From Macrostomum lignano (Eukaryota): a DNA stretch of 64,000 bases. The stretch spans positions 62,001 through 126,000 of the forward strand of contig NIVC01000750.1 in NCBI GenBank assembly GCA_002269645.1, in the 5' to 3' direction. Numbering within the stretch: the stretch's first letter is position 1; the number at the start of each line of letters is the position of its first letter. A program made the position numbers and the translations under genes. The notes beneath the pieces are model-generated. The model was not told the DNA's origin. It made no database searches and was given only the letters and a program-made list of their open reading frames with translations. Shown piece by piece: positions 11,772 to 29,700 of this stretch.

Positions 11772-13298
11772 CACGAACTACTTAAGTAAACGACAATTAA
11801 GTAGTCCGTGAGTAGTAGTAGTAGCATCTCACTCACTTTGGCAAGCCTCGATCAACGCGGACTTCATCACTGGTGGAGACCCAGCTGCCGCACCCGGATG
11901 GCACTCGATCTGGTTGACAGTCAGGCCGTCAGAGGTAGGCGACGGCGTGGCCACCGATGCACTCGGGGAGTCGCGCAGTCGATAATAGCCGGTCTTGCAG
12001 CGCACGTCCAGTCTGATTCCGATGTGGAACAGATTGGTCAGCGGCGCGCCAAAGCTGGTGTTCACGGCAGTCATGTTGGCGAGGGCGACGGCCTCTGGCA
12101 GATCCGACAGTTGGCACTGTGTCACTGTTATGCCAGTTTTTACATACATTTAGTAAGTACGATCAATTACGGCTCTGTTTGCAGTTCGGAAATTAAGAAA
12201 ATGAGATATTGACTGCTGCGTCCTTGAGTGAAGATTCTGGCTAACAGAGTCAACTCACACCAGCTGATGAAGAACAGAAGAGTTCAGAAACTGTCTTGGC
12301 TTATAGACGTTCACCGGGTTAGTTACCATTCTTGACGCACACTCGGTTAGTTACCATTCTTGACGCACACTGGGTTAGTTGCTATTCTTGACGCACACTG
12401 GGTTAGTTACCATTCTTGACGCACACTGGGTTAGTTACCATTCTTGACGCACACTGGGTTAGTTACCAGTGACGCACACTGGGTTAGTTACCATTCTTGA
12501 CGCACACTGGGTTAGTTACCATTCTTGACGCACACTGGGTTAGTTACCATTCTTGACGCACACTGGGTTAGTTACCATTCTTGATGCACATTGGGTTAGT
12601 TACCAGTGATGCACACAGGGTTAGTTACCATTCCTAAAGCAGACAGCAGCCTCCAGCCTGGAACAGTTCACCGGCTTCAGACCCATCGTGCGTCGCCACA
12701 GGCCTTCGACGGGCGACACCCACGAGGTGTACACGGCGCAGTTCAGCCCAGAAGATGGTTCGACAGCTGAGGAAGTCCCGTTCAACCACAAAGAGTCGGG
12801 CACTGGGCTGCCATTGTCCTGGTAGTAAAACGTCGTGCCGTTTTGAGCTGAAGGTTTGGTAAAAAGAAAACGCGATAACAGGAGCCTGTTGCCGAATAGT
12901 ATGTCTGTGACTGAAGAATGCTCATAAGGAAGATTGCGGGGGGTGGCCACAGACAGGAATACAGCCGGCCTTTGTGGACCAGATGTTGCCTGTGGTGTCC
13001 CAACTTCACGTACCTCGAATTGCTGACGTCCAAATCTCGGCGGCGAGGCCATTTTGAGTGAGAAACCGCTGCATTCCCTGTAGGTCTACCTTTGTTGTTG
13101 GGGCGGGTAGAAATCCAGAAATTAGGCTACACTTGGCCACAGCGCTGCTACGTGAGATAAGTTGCGTGGTGTTGGTGACGGCTTCGGCTGGCAGAGCCCA
13201 GCACTTGCCCGACACGGGCTCGTAGCTCCAGCTCTGGTTGCTGGCACAGAGCTGCTGGTCTGTCCATGCCGATACTGGAGTGATAGATAGATAGATGG

Positions 13299-13369
<71 letters not shown>

Positions 13370-13449
13370 TAAGTAGATATGTTAACCTCACCTTGAGAGC
13401 AGGTTGCCGCAGCACTCAGACACCAGGTCAGCCACAGGAAGGAGTTCAT
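9276..13449 (-). CDS. Selectin-like receptor: SP, C-type lectin, 4 divergent sushi/CCP domains, TM, basic tail. Exons 13449-13392, 13274-13014, 12847-12629, 12124-11837, 11700-11461, 11385-11101, 10315-10040, 9517-9276.
   Basis: CTL motifs GKCWAL..AVAKC..GFL..EIWTS..W..NCAVY..VNC..AAVC. CCP-like C..C..W..C exons. TM SVGAIAIIVCVIFGVFIVILD. All seven introns are GT-AG and phase 1 and join into one frame. Confidence 0.8.
9701..9784 (+). mobile_element. Truncated SINE head (copy 3)
   Basis: GTAGCCTACTCGCGACTCACGACTGAAAGGTCTGGGGTTCGATTCC matches the head of copies 1 and 2. Confidence 0.55.
10662..11066. repeat. 18-bp minisatellite (CTGAGCTATGCCCTGTCT), about 22 copies
   Basis: Near-perfect tandem array in the intron after the third CCP exon. 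Confidence 0.95.
11717..11772. repeat. (TAG)n microsatellite, intronic
   Basis: Direct observation; source of the poly-Tyr ORF. Confidence 0.95.
12317..12631. repeat. 28-bp minisatellite (GGGTTAGTTACCATTCTTGACGCACACT), about 11 copies, each containing the upstream exon's splice donor
   Basis: Minus-strand unit contains AATG|GTAACTAAC, identical to the real donor at 12629/12628. Confidence 0.9.
13283..13372. repeat. (GATA)n microsatellite filling intron 1 of the lectin gene
   Basis: Direct observation. Confidence 0.95.
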
Positions 13450-14483
13450 AATCAACTATGCTATCTTTACTGCTTCTCTTTAAGATTTCTGCCACTTGTC
13501 TTGCTTGCGATTTTCTATTGCGATTTAAAAGCAGAATTGTGTTTCCGTTTCCATGGTAACAGTCCTTTCATCTCTCATCAAAGTCTCCCAATCAGCGACT
13601 TCCCTTTTTGATTGAAAAAGCGAATCAAACAAAGTCGCATTGATTCCCGGGATTTCATTATTTTCCAAATCCCCTCCCTCGCATTGTGCCGAGTCACGTC
13701 TCTCAGCCCTTCCCTGTGTTTTTTCGTATAGAAAATCCCATTTCACTTCATCCGAAAATTCATCTGTTACTTCCTAGGGCCACTTCCGGTAGCTGACAAT
13801 CCCAATTTTGTGACACGTCTGCTGCACAAGCAGGAGACTTTCATCATTGATGGCGCTCTGTTCTCGCCATCGTGCCCTGATGCCAGCAGGTGACGTCTTG
13901 CTCAGGGACTACTCAAACATGTTTTTGATGCATTTCCAAGCGCAGAAGAATATTGATGTTGAATCTCTTTTATTTACAGAATACAGTTTTTTAACTGCAT
14001 CAATTTTTGTTAACAATATCCGTTAATTCTGCTTCAGGGACTGTGTGCACCCTGGTGCAGCTCAAGCGACATTGAGAGGCATTGCTGCCCTCTCCGCCGA
14101 CTCCCCTGAGCAGGCACACAAGCGCGCGGATACGTGACGCAGTCATACGCACAGGCACGCACTCACACAGAAGTGTACAGCAGCCCTAACTTTGTTTATC
14201 GTTAGACATGTACACTTCACTGTGCCTTGAGGTTTGGCTCTCAAGGCCGTTAATTGCACGAGCAGAGCCAAGCCGAGATTTCAATTCACCTTCCAATTAA
14301 TGTGACTGCACTTCGAGACTGGGCTGCTGATGACCTATAAGAGCGCCTTGCTTGACCACCGGGCTATCCCCCCCTTCCCCCTAAGATGCACCATGTCAAA
14401 TGCACTTTTCAAGTCAAAGAATGAAGACTAGATGGAATTTTTTGGAATGGAAATGTAGCACTTGATCAGTCGTGCAAACAGGT

Positions 14484-15218
14484 TGTGAGTCGGGGTCGCA
14501 TGTGTACTCTACTTATGTACATCGGGCCGCTCCCAATCAATATGAATCGGAGGGGTGCTTCCATAGCGCTGGCCTGCTGCTCTGCTGCTTCCTTTGCTCT
14601 CGCCTTTTTAGGACTTCGTCAAGCGAGATGTCCTTAGTTTGCAGCAGGTCTCAGCGCAGCCTCTCAGATGAGCAGTAGGCGACTATCTTGTGTCGCGAAT
14701 GAGAAAGTCTTGCAGCTGTCCAAAGTTGCAGGCGTCGGCTGCCTTGCGCAGCCGCTGATGCCACTGGTCCACTGACTCTTCTGCCTGCTGTGGACAGGTC
14801 TCAAATTTGAAGCGGAGGAAGGCAATGTTGTTCTTTCCGTCCCAATGTTGCTGGATGTTTTTCACGAGGTCCTTGTGACCCTCACCTGCCGCGATCTGGT
14901 TCTTCTCAACTACATTCTGCAGTTCCTCTCCGGCCGCATAAAGAAGCAGCTGCTGCGCCCTTTTCTCGTCAGAGATTCCGGCCGCTGCGATTTAGGTCTC
15001 AAACCTGCGAGCCCAAGCTGCCCCACGCTGCGCAGTGGTGTGAGTGTCGCCGTCTATTGCAAACGGGCCGGGCGGCGCTAGTGAAATTTGCTGTGTCATG
15101 CTGCTTATCAGTTCGCGGCTTGCGACGCCATTAGAGTGAGTAAACTCAGACGGTTGGCGCGAGAACCCGCAACCACTAAATGTACATAATTAAAGTACAC
15201 ATGCGACCCCGACTCACA
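14484..15218 (-). mobile_element. 735-bp element: decayed gypsy-type gag fragment bounded by 39-bp terminal inverted repeats, TG..CA ends, 5-bp TSD CAGGT
   Basis: TIR TGTGAGTCGGGGTCGCATGTGTACT(C/T)TA(C/A)TTATGTACAT at both ends (2 mismatches). CAGGT at 14479-14483 and 15219-15223. gag from ATG 15099: PPGPFAIDGD..WARRFET*IAAAGISD..LLLYAAGEEL..RFKF..QQAEESVDQWHQRLRKAADACNFG..LIRD, with stops and frameshifts. Confidence 0.8.
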
Positions 15219-15251
15219 CAGGTGAGAGCCAGTTTTCACCTTAGCAGTGGA

Positions 15252-15542
15252 CGGGATAGAGACCGCAAGTACCAGATAGAGACCGCAAGTACCAGATAGA
15301 GACCGCAAGTGCGAGATAGAGACGGCAAGTGCCAAATAGAGTCCGCAAGTGCCAGATAGAGACCGCAAGTGCCAGATAGAGACCGCAAGTGCCAGATAGA
15401 GACCGCAAGTGCCAGATAGAGACCGCAAGTGCCAGATAGAGACGGCAAGTGCCAGATAGAGACCGCAAGTGCCAGATAGAGACCGCAAGTGCCAGATAGA
15501 GACCGCAAGTGCCAGATAGAGACCGCAAGTGCCAGATAGAGA
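15252..15542. repeat. 20-bp minisatellite (GATAGAGACCGCAAGTGCCA), about 14 copies
   Basis: Direct observation. Confidence 0.95.
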
Positions 15543-15544
15543 GA

Positions 15545-17112
15545 TAGAAAAAGCAGAGAGAATAGAAGATGAGAGAAGAGAGAAGAGACGAGAGATGGGA
15601 TGAGAGAAAATATATAAGGAGAGAGGGGGGGGAGAGAGAAGGGAGAGAGGGGAGAGAGGGGGAGAGGAGAGAGAAGAGAGCGGAGAGCCGCATAACTTTT
15701 TCTGCGCAGCAACCTAGTGATAATTTTACGTTTTTGATAAGCGAACTACTATGAGTAGTATTAGAGCACAGTTAAACTGTAATTTTTTGTCTGTCTCTTA
15801 TTGGATCAAGATTCAACGGCCAGTAAGATCAGGTGCCTGGTTTGTTTTATTCGTTTATTCAAAGGAATATTTTCGAGAACTTCAGGTGGTTGTTTGTAAC
15901 CCGGACAGAGTTCTTTTGAACTTTTATTATCAACAAGTTTTATATTATTTATCAATATTTACAACGCATACAATGGAGCCTTGTCACCAGGAATTCGGTA
16001 CAAATAGATCGCTTGGTATGTACACACCAACTATTATTTTACTAGATCTGATTGTCACCTAGAAGTTTATTACAGAGCTCGAAGGCATACTTTTTACTCC
16101 TAGGAAAGGAGAGGAGAGGAAAGGAGATTTGAGGAGAGGAGAGGAGAGGAGAGGAGAGGAGAGGAGAGGAGAGGAGAGGAGAGGAGAGGAGAGGAGAGGA
16201 GAGGAGAGGAGAGGAGAGGAGAGGAGAGGAGAGGAGAGGAGAGGAGAGGAGAGGAGAGGAGAGGAGAGGAGAGGAGAGGAGAGGAGAGGAAAGGAGATTT
16301 GAGGAGAGGAAAGGAGAGGAGAGGAGAGGAGAGGAGAGGAGAGGAGAGGAGAGGAGAGGAGAGGAGAGGAGAGGAGAGGAGAGGAGAGGAGAGGAGAGGA
16401 GAGGAGAGGAGAGGAGAGGAGGAGAGAGAGGAGAGGAGAGGAGAGGAGAGGAGAGGAGAGGAGAGGAGAGGAGAGGAGAGGAGAGGAGAGGAGAGGAGAG
16501 GAGAGGAGAGGAGAGGAGAGGAGAGGAGAGGAGAGGAGAGGAGAGGAGAGGAGAGGAGAGGTGAGGTGGTGTCCAGAAATTCGACCTCGGTGCTGCAGTA
16601 GTTAAGTTGCCACCGGATATTCGGTTTGAGAGCGTCCAGAAGAACCCAACAAACTTATCCTTCGTTCTATGCATCCCACCGAATATGTTGGGAAGGAGAG
16701 GAGAGGAGAAAAAATACAGAAGTGCCAGACAACTGAGAGTTTGGTTTACGAGTAATTGAACAATTGTGATGAGGCAGCTTGTCAGAAATATTTTCAATCA
16801 GGTAGTTGCATGAGCTTTTTAATGTTTAAAACGAATCAATGAGTGCAATTTGCTTTCAATTTCGATAGCGATAAGTTCAAAAGGCAAAAATTGTTTGCCT
16901 CAGGGGCTATAGAGATAGAGAATCCAGCTCATGGCTGCAGGCAGATGAGAGTGGAAATGAGAGAGAATAGAAGATGAGATATGAGAGAAGAGAGGAGATA
17001 AAACATATGAGCAGAGAAAAGGGGAGGGGAGAGGAGAAAAGAGGAGAGAAGAGAGGAGAGGAGAGAGAGGAGAGGGGAGAGGGGAGATGGGAGAGAGGAG
17101 AGAAGAGGAAAG

Positions 17113-17147
<35 letters not shown>

Positions 17148-17165
17148 AAAGAGAGAGAGAGCTGA
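15545..17165. repeat. Purine-rich simple repeats: GA-rich 15545-15680, (GAGGA)n 16110-16562, GA-rich/(GA)n 16960-17165
   Basis: Direct observation; source of the SSPLL and RRGEE ORFs. Confidence 0.9.
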
Positions 17166-18356
17166 GCAGAGTCACAAACCTTAAACTGGCTGGATTGCTT
17201 TTGCAAAGTTTTCAGGGACCCAAGGGCCGGATAGAGAGGCTTCACTGGCCGCTTGTGTCTGGCTGGCCGGAGCCTGCCGACCCCTGACCAGGTGGTCACG
17301 CAGTCTTGAAAAGGTGTTGCACTTTTCGATTGAAGTAAAAAATAGCTGAGAATTGGTAAGAAGCTCACTTTCTAAAGTGAGCTCTAATTCTGAGCAACAG
17401 CAAAGAGGATTTGTGCATCCTTAATGCTTGTCCTCAAATATTTGAGTTTGTGAGTCGCTGCTAGCAGCTGAGCACACATTAAAATTGTTGGCATCAAGGA
17501 AAAGAATTGAGCTGCTTATGCTTAACATTGTTCAGGCTTAACATTGCACGGTCTCTCCGTGTGCGTAGAGTTAAACAACGAAAAGCAGAGATCCTTTGGA
17601 AAAACGTACATGTAGGGGATAAAAATAGAATCGCAGGATGGATGAAGGAAACGTCCTGGAAAAAAAAACACGGCACAACGAGTGGATTAAGAAATATACA
17701 CCCTTGAGAAGTTCTTCGAATTCCCCATTGAAGAAGGTTTTGGTTTGCATAGTTGAATATTATCCTTGGCTATTTTGGTGTCCTATATCGGTGTGAACTT
17801 TCGGCAAAAAGCTACTCATGAAGCACTCTCAAAACTACAAAGTTGGAACTTTGCAAGTCTCCTCAGTAGAAAATAAAGGCAAATATTCGTTGAACGAAAC
17901 AGAGGCCTCGGACAGATCTCTATACGCATATGAGCTAGGTCTCATACCCTAGTAGACTTTTTTCACCTGGGCATGCACCTGGGGAAAACCGAGAAGAAGG
18001 AAGAGGGAGGAGAGAGAGGGGGGGTGTGATAAGCACCGCATGGAGATTTCGTCAATAGACTTGAGTGGAAAACTTTGAAAGCAGGCAATGCATAGTAAAT
18101 GAGATTCCAGGGCCTAGGAGAAAGGCTAGAAGAGGTGGCTAAGGGCGGAGGAAGAATATTTGACGAAGAGAAGTGTTTTCTGGCCTCCGGTGTGGGCGAA
18201 AGTGAGCAACGCTTTATCGCCGAAAAACAGCACCAGACACAGCTAGCGTTCTTTAGCGGTTTGCAGATTAAAAAGATTTTATATTTTAAAATCTATAAAA
18301 ACTCCGTCTCTTAGAATTCTACCCAAGAGACCTCAAAATGAATGAACAAATTTCAG

Positions 18357-25058
<6,702 letters not shown>

Positions 25059-26776
25059 ATGTTAGTGCGGCATGCGTCGGTGTCGATTCACAAACAATAG
25101 CAAATAACAAATAGTTTGGACCAACAAGTATTTAATCTGATCCATAGCAGATGTGAAACCTGCTGAAATCATTGGTTATAGCTGTTAAGTGCTATTTATT
25201 TGATCAAATTTCACTGTGCCAATAGAAGGTGACGTCAAAAATGCAATCTGTTCAACTATGAGTATAGCAAATGCCCTTGGCGTTCGTTCGATGGTCTAAA
25301 ATATGGTCCATGATTCTGGGGCTGATCTTGCTCCTCCGCAGCATTATCACTGCTTTTGACAGTCTTGTCTAAATGAAAATCTAAGGGTGAAACTACAGAG
25401 CCGCTATGGACCAAATTGATGCTTGTTGGACCAAATTAAATGCTAATTAAATTAAATTTAAAAGCTCCATTGTTTTGGCAAGCATACGGCTCGTACCTTG
25501 GATTAAATTCAATTCGTGTAGGCTCTAATGGGCTGCAAAAAGCTATACTTGCATTGAATCAACAAATTTCGTAGTTTGTTAAGACATTGTTCCGTTGTTC
25601 CGTTGTTAGTCAATGTTACCGCTTTATGGCTCTTTAACACCGTCAGAAATCTCACGAACGATTTAAACTTGCAACGGTGCGAAATTGGAGGCTCGTATGT
25701 CAATAACATGCATTGACAACCAAAGTAGAAGGACACTACATACGATTTTTTCTTAGAAATGAGCAGTTCTAGGGTAAGGAACATAGTGCTTGTCGTTAGT
25801 GCATCTAGTAAGTCGAGAGTAACATCGTACTACTGCAGCTGAATTAATATATATTCACTTTCTTTGCTGGATCAATTTTTTCAATAATTTTTTGACCTTG
25901 CAAAGACACCATTTTTACGGGAACTAACATACACCTGTACACTAACGATATAGCTCTAAAAATTGATAATTCCCATTTTAGTCTTGAGATGTTACTCAAG
26001 ACTGGAACAGTTGGACCTGCTCATATTTTCGGTATTGGGTTAAATGTATAAAATTTGATGCTGCGTTTAACTTTGTTTGTTTTTCGTCTAATCCTGAGTT
26101 GTATCGATATATTGCAGGTATTTTTCCTTTGTAGATTTTGGGAAATTGTTAAAAAAACTTTTAAGACACTACTTATAGGCCGGATTTGTCAGTAGAATGC
26201 GTCAATTTTTGTCATAGCTAGTCATTTTAAAAGTGACAAATATTAACAAATTGACTGTACGATGTATAAGTAAGAGTATATTGAATGTTTTTCATTTATT
26301 CTGATGATATTCAAACTCAAACTGCTTTTTCTTTACAGTCATTTCTGCCGAAGACTGTGATGTTTAACTATGCAGAATAGACATTTGCTGTTCGGATATA
26401 AATGTTAATAAAATAGCTGAACTGCCTGTGTGCATCTGTGCAACTTTTCTTCATAAAAACAGTGTGTACGAGCATGGCTAATTAATTTACCTCGTAGTTA
26501 ATTAGTTTTGTTAATCTTCTTATGCGCTCGTAACTAAATATAATTTTTGATTTCTATTAGCTAAAAACTGTGCTAGGTTCTACTTCGGTGGATGATGCAG
26601 TGTAGTACAGAATTCAATAATCATCGAGTACTTCTGACAGACTTTTAACGATGCTATCGCAATTTATATCGGTTTGCTAAGGCTAATTATACAACACAAA
26701 TATCTAATAGAGTTGTTATATTGTTGTTATAAAGTTGTTAAAGTTGTTATATTGCAAGAGCTTTTACTCAAAATTG

Positions 26777-29700
26777 TTAATAGATGATGCAATCCAACGG
26801 TCGCTTCCGTCCCAGCTTAGTCCAGACGAGCTCGATCAACAGGATGAGCAGGCCGATGGTGTACAGGCAGCCCGTGATCAGCAGGCAGCCGCTTACGCCT
26901 TCCAAACTGATGGCGTCGGCCTCCGTGGATCTGCCGTCTCCTTTGCCGCAGTCGGTGAAGTTCTCTCTGGACCAGTAGAAATCGAAGAGTCTCTGCATCA
27001 GTCCAGACTCGTGCATCTTCTGCAAGCTGATGGGCGAGCGTTGATTGTGGACAAAATAAGCGTGGTAATCAAACGATCGATGAGTTCATGACCATTTTCA
27101 CTTTATTTTTAGCCTAGCGTAGCCCAGCGGTCTAGCGTAGCCTAGTGGTTTAGCGTAGCCTAGTGGTCTAGCTTAGCCTAGTGGTTTAGGGTAGCCTAGT
27201 GGTCAAGCGTAGCCTAGTGGTCTAGCGTAGCCTAGTGGTCTAGCGTAGCCTAGTGGTCTAGCGTAGCCTAGTGGTCTAGCGTAGCCTAGTGGTCTAGCGT
27301 AGCCTAGTGGTCTAGCGTAGCCTAGTGGTCTAGCGTAGCCTAGTGGTCTAGCGTAGCCTAGTGGTCTAGCGTAGCCTAGTGGTCTAGCGTAGCCTAGTGG
27401 TTTAGCGTAGCCTAGTGGTCTAGCGTAGCCTAGTGGTCTAGCGTAGCCCAGCGGACTCGCGTAGCCCAGTGGTCTAGTGTAGCCTACATGTAGTGGTCTA
27501 GCGTAGCCATTTGTTACAATTAATAAGTAGCAAACTTATAGTAAACTAATAGTTAGTTTGTCAACTCCAATGGCAATCTTTTGAGCAACCGAAGCAAATA
27601 ACTGGGTAGCATAGGTCGTTAGCTAAAATTTTACTTGTAGTCGAACATTGGAGCATAGAAAGCGTCTTCCGAGTACATAAGCGCCACCGTAGATGGATTG
27701 AAAGTCTCCGAGAGCATGTAGTACAAGGAGCAGTGCCTGATTGCTTGGCCCAACAGAAAGGTGTAGTCATTTATGCAGGCTGCGTCATTTTTCGGTGGCT
27801 GAGAAAAGTTTTGTTTTAGAACTTCCTTTAGTGACTAGGAACGTTTAATTTGCTTAGTGTCAACAACCCGAAACACGACAATTCAAGACTCACATTATAC
27901 GGACAGTATTCTCCAGCTGGCATGACCACCATTGCGTCAGCGATTTGCTTGTAGATGCCTGACTCGGCAGTAGTGAGCAAGGTGTAATGGTTCGTGCCGG
28001 TTGGAACGTAGGGCTTAACAGCGGTTTGAGAGACCAGGTCTGTCAGGCTTTTGATCGGATAGTCCGTGACAGTCACAGTCTGGTGAGCAGTCAAGTCACC
28101 TGTAATGATAATTAGGAATGGTAGTAGGTATTACCCTAGAAATTAATTTTACATTAGCTCATAAAAGCACTAGCAGACGCACCGGTAAAAGCTCCAAATA
28201 TGATCAAGGTAAACATCCACCAAAATGCCATAACAGTCCTTGGCGACATCGCAAACGGGTAGAAGTCCTGGCCCTGCTGCAGGAAGCTCCCGATAGCGCT
28301 CCAAATGTACTCCTGCAGCCAGATCTCATCAGAAACTGCGTACTCAAGGCCCAAGTTGTAAGCCGAGAATGGAGAGTAGTAAGCAAGGACCCACATGACA
28401 ACTGAGGCGCACGCCAAAGTGCCTAGCAGGAGGTACCACACAGACGGACTCAACGGAGTAAAAATGTTCCACATCTTTGTGTCTGGTGGCGGTTTCGGCA
28501 CCATGACTGCGGTGGATTGGTCGAACAGCGGCGTTGAGAAGTCGATAGCGGAATCGCGAATTGAAGTCTTGGTGAAGGGGCCAGCTCCCAGGTGTGAGAT
28601 CTGGACGCGGGGAAATCAGATATAAGCAAGTATAAATAACTGATATCATTCTTCACCGAAAAAATCTTGAGAAAACATGACAGCCCACGTACTCCACGCT
28701 GAAGCTCTCCGACACATCCTGAGAAGTAGGGTTTGCCTGCCTGGGGCGCACCCCAGTTACCGTCGTCAGGTGCCTTAGTGATGTATCTGCATTTTCAGGT
28801 AAAACTCCATCCAGCTTATAATTTAATAATGCAGGTAATTAAGGACGACTATAAAAAGGTTACCTAAAATCCATTTTCTGAGCCAAAATGTCCAGCACAT
28901 CTCGAGTCATTCCTCGAATAATCACAGTTTTGTTTGGGAACTCAGCAACAAAGTCTGTCATCGGAGAGGTCTGAAAAGTTAGAAGAAAACTCATTCATTT
29001 GATCTGAATGTTGAGATAATTTTGAGAGAAAGCTGCAGTTGAGAGAAATGCATATCCAAAAGACATGTAGAACAACAAAAGAGATTTGTCAAAGTAACTA
29101 ACTCTAGGGGTACACATAACCAAGGTCTGGTTCTTGAACCCTATGAAGGTGTTCGGGAATGCCAAGCTGACTCCCTTGTAGCGGAACTGCTTGCTCAGAG
29201 CTCCGCTCGATGCATCGAACTGAGCCGACCTCAACATCGAGACCGGAGACGACCACAGCTCATTGTAGGACGCGACCACTTCGACTCGTTGCGAGCTGAA
29301 GTGTCTGGTCGAGCTGTTGAACGAGATCAGGCCTCGCTGAGTGTCATAGTCGCTGATCTGCACATCGAGTAGGAATTGGAAAGAGACCAGCTCGAAACTA
29401 GTAATGCTTGTCAATGCTAGCTCGTAGCTAGTGAGCTCACTCACACTCATGAGTCTGTTGAGCACAGTCGAGCCCGATGTCCAGTGGCGCAGTGGCGCAC
29501 ACGAGGCGTTGCCGGGAGAGAATCCCGGATCCAGCAGCGAGTCGTTGAGCGCCTTGGCCATGGCTTCTACGGCGTCTACGAAGCGAGCGTCCAGAGTCTG
29601 TCGAATGCGAATGCGACGATCGAGTGCAAGATCGAGTGCGACAGTGGCATGAATTGCACACGTGCGGTGCTGCATGATGAATCCCTGCAGCCATCAAGCA

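Noticed and set aside
16042-16797. (SSPLL)n and (RRGEE)n ORFs
   Set aside because: Translations of the (GAGGA)n microsatellite.
17495-17615. Candidate upstream GPCR exon (..LSVCVELNNEKQ..)
   Set aside because: Available donors are phase 2, but the acceptor at 18356 needs phase 1; not supportable.
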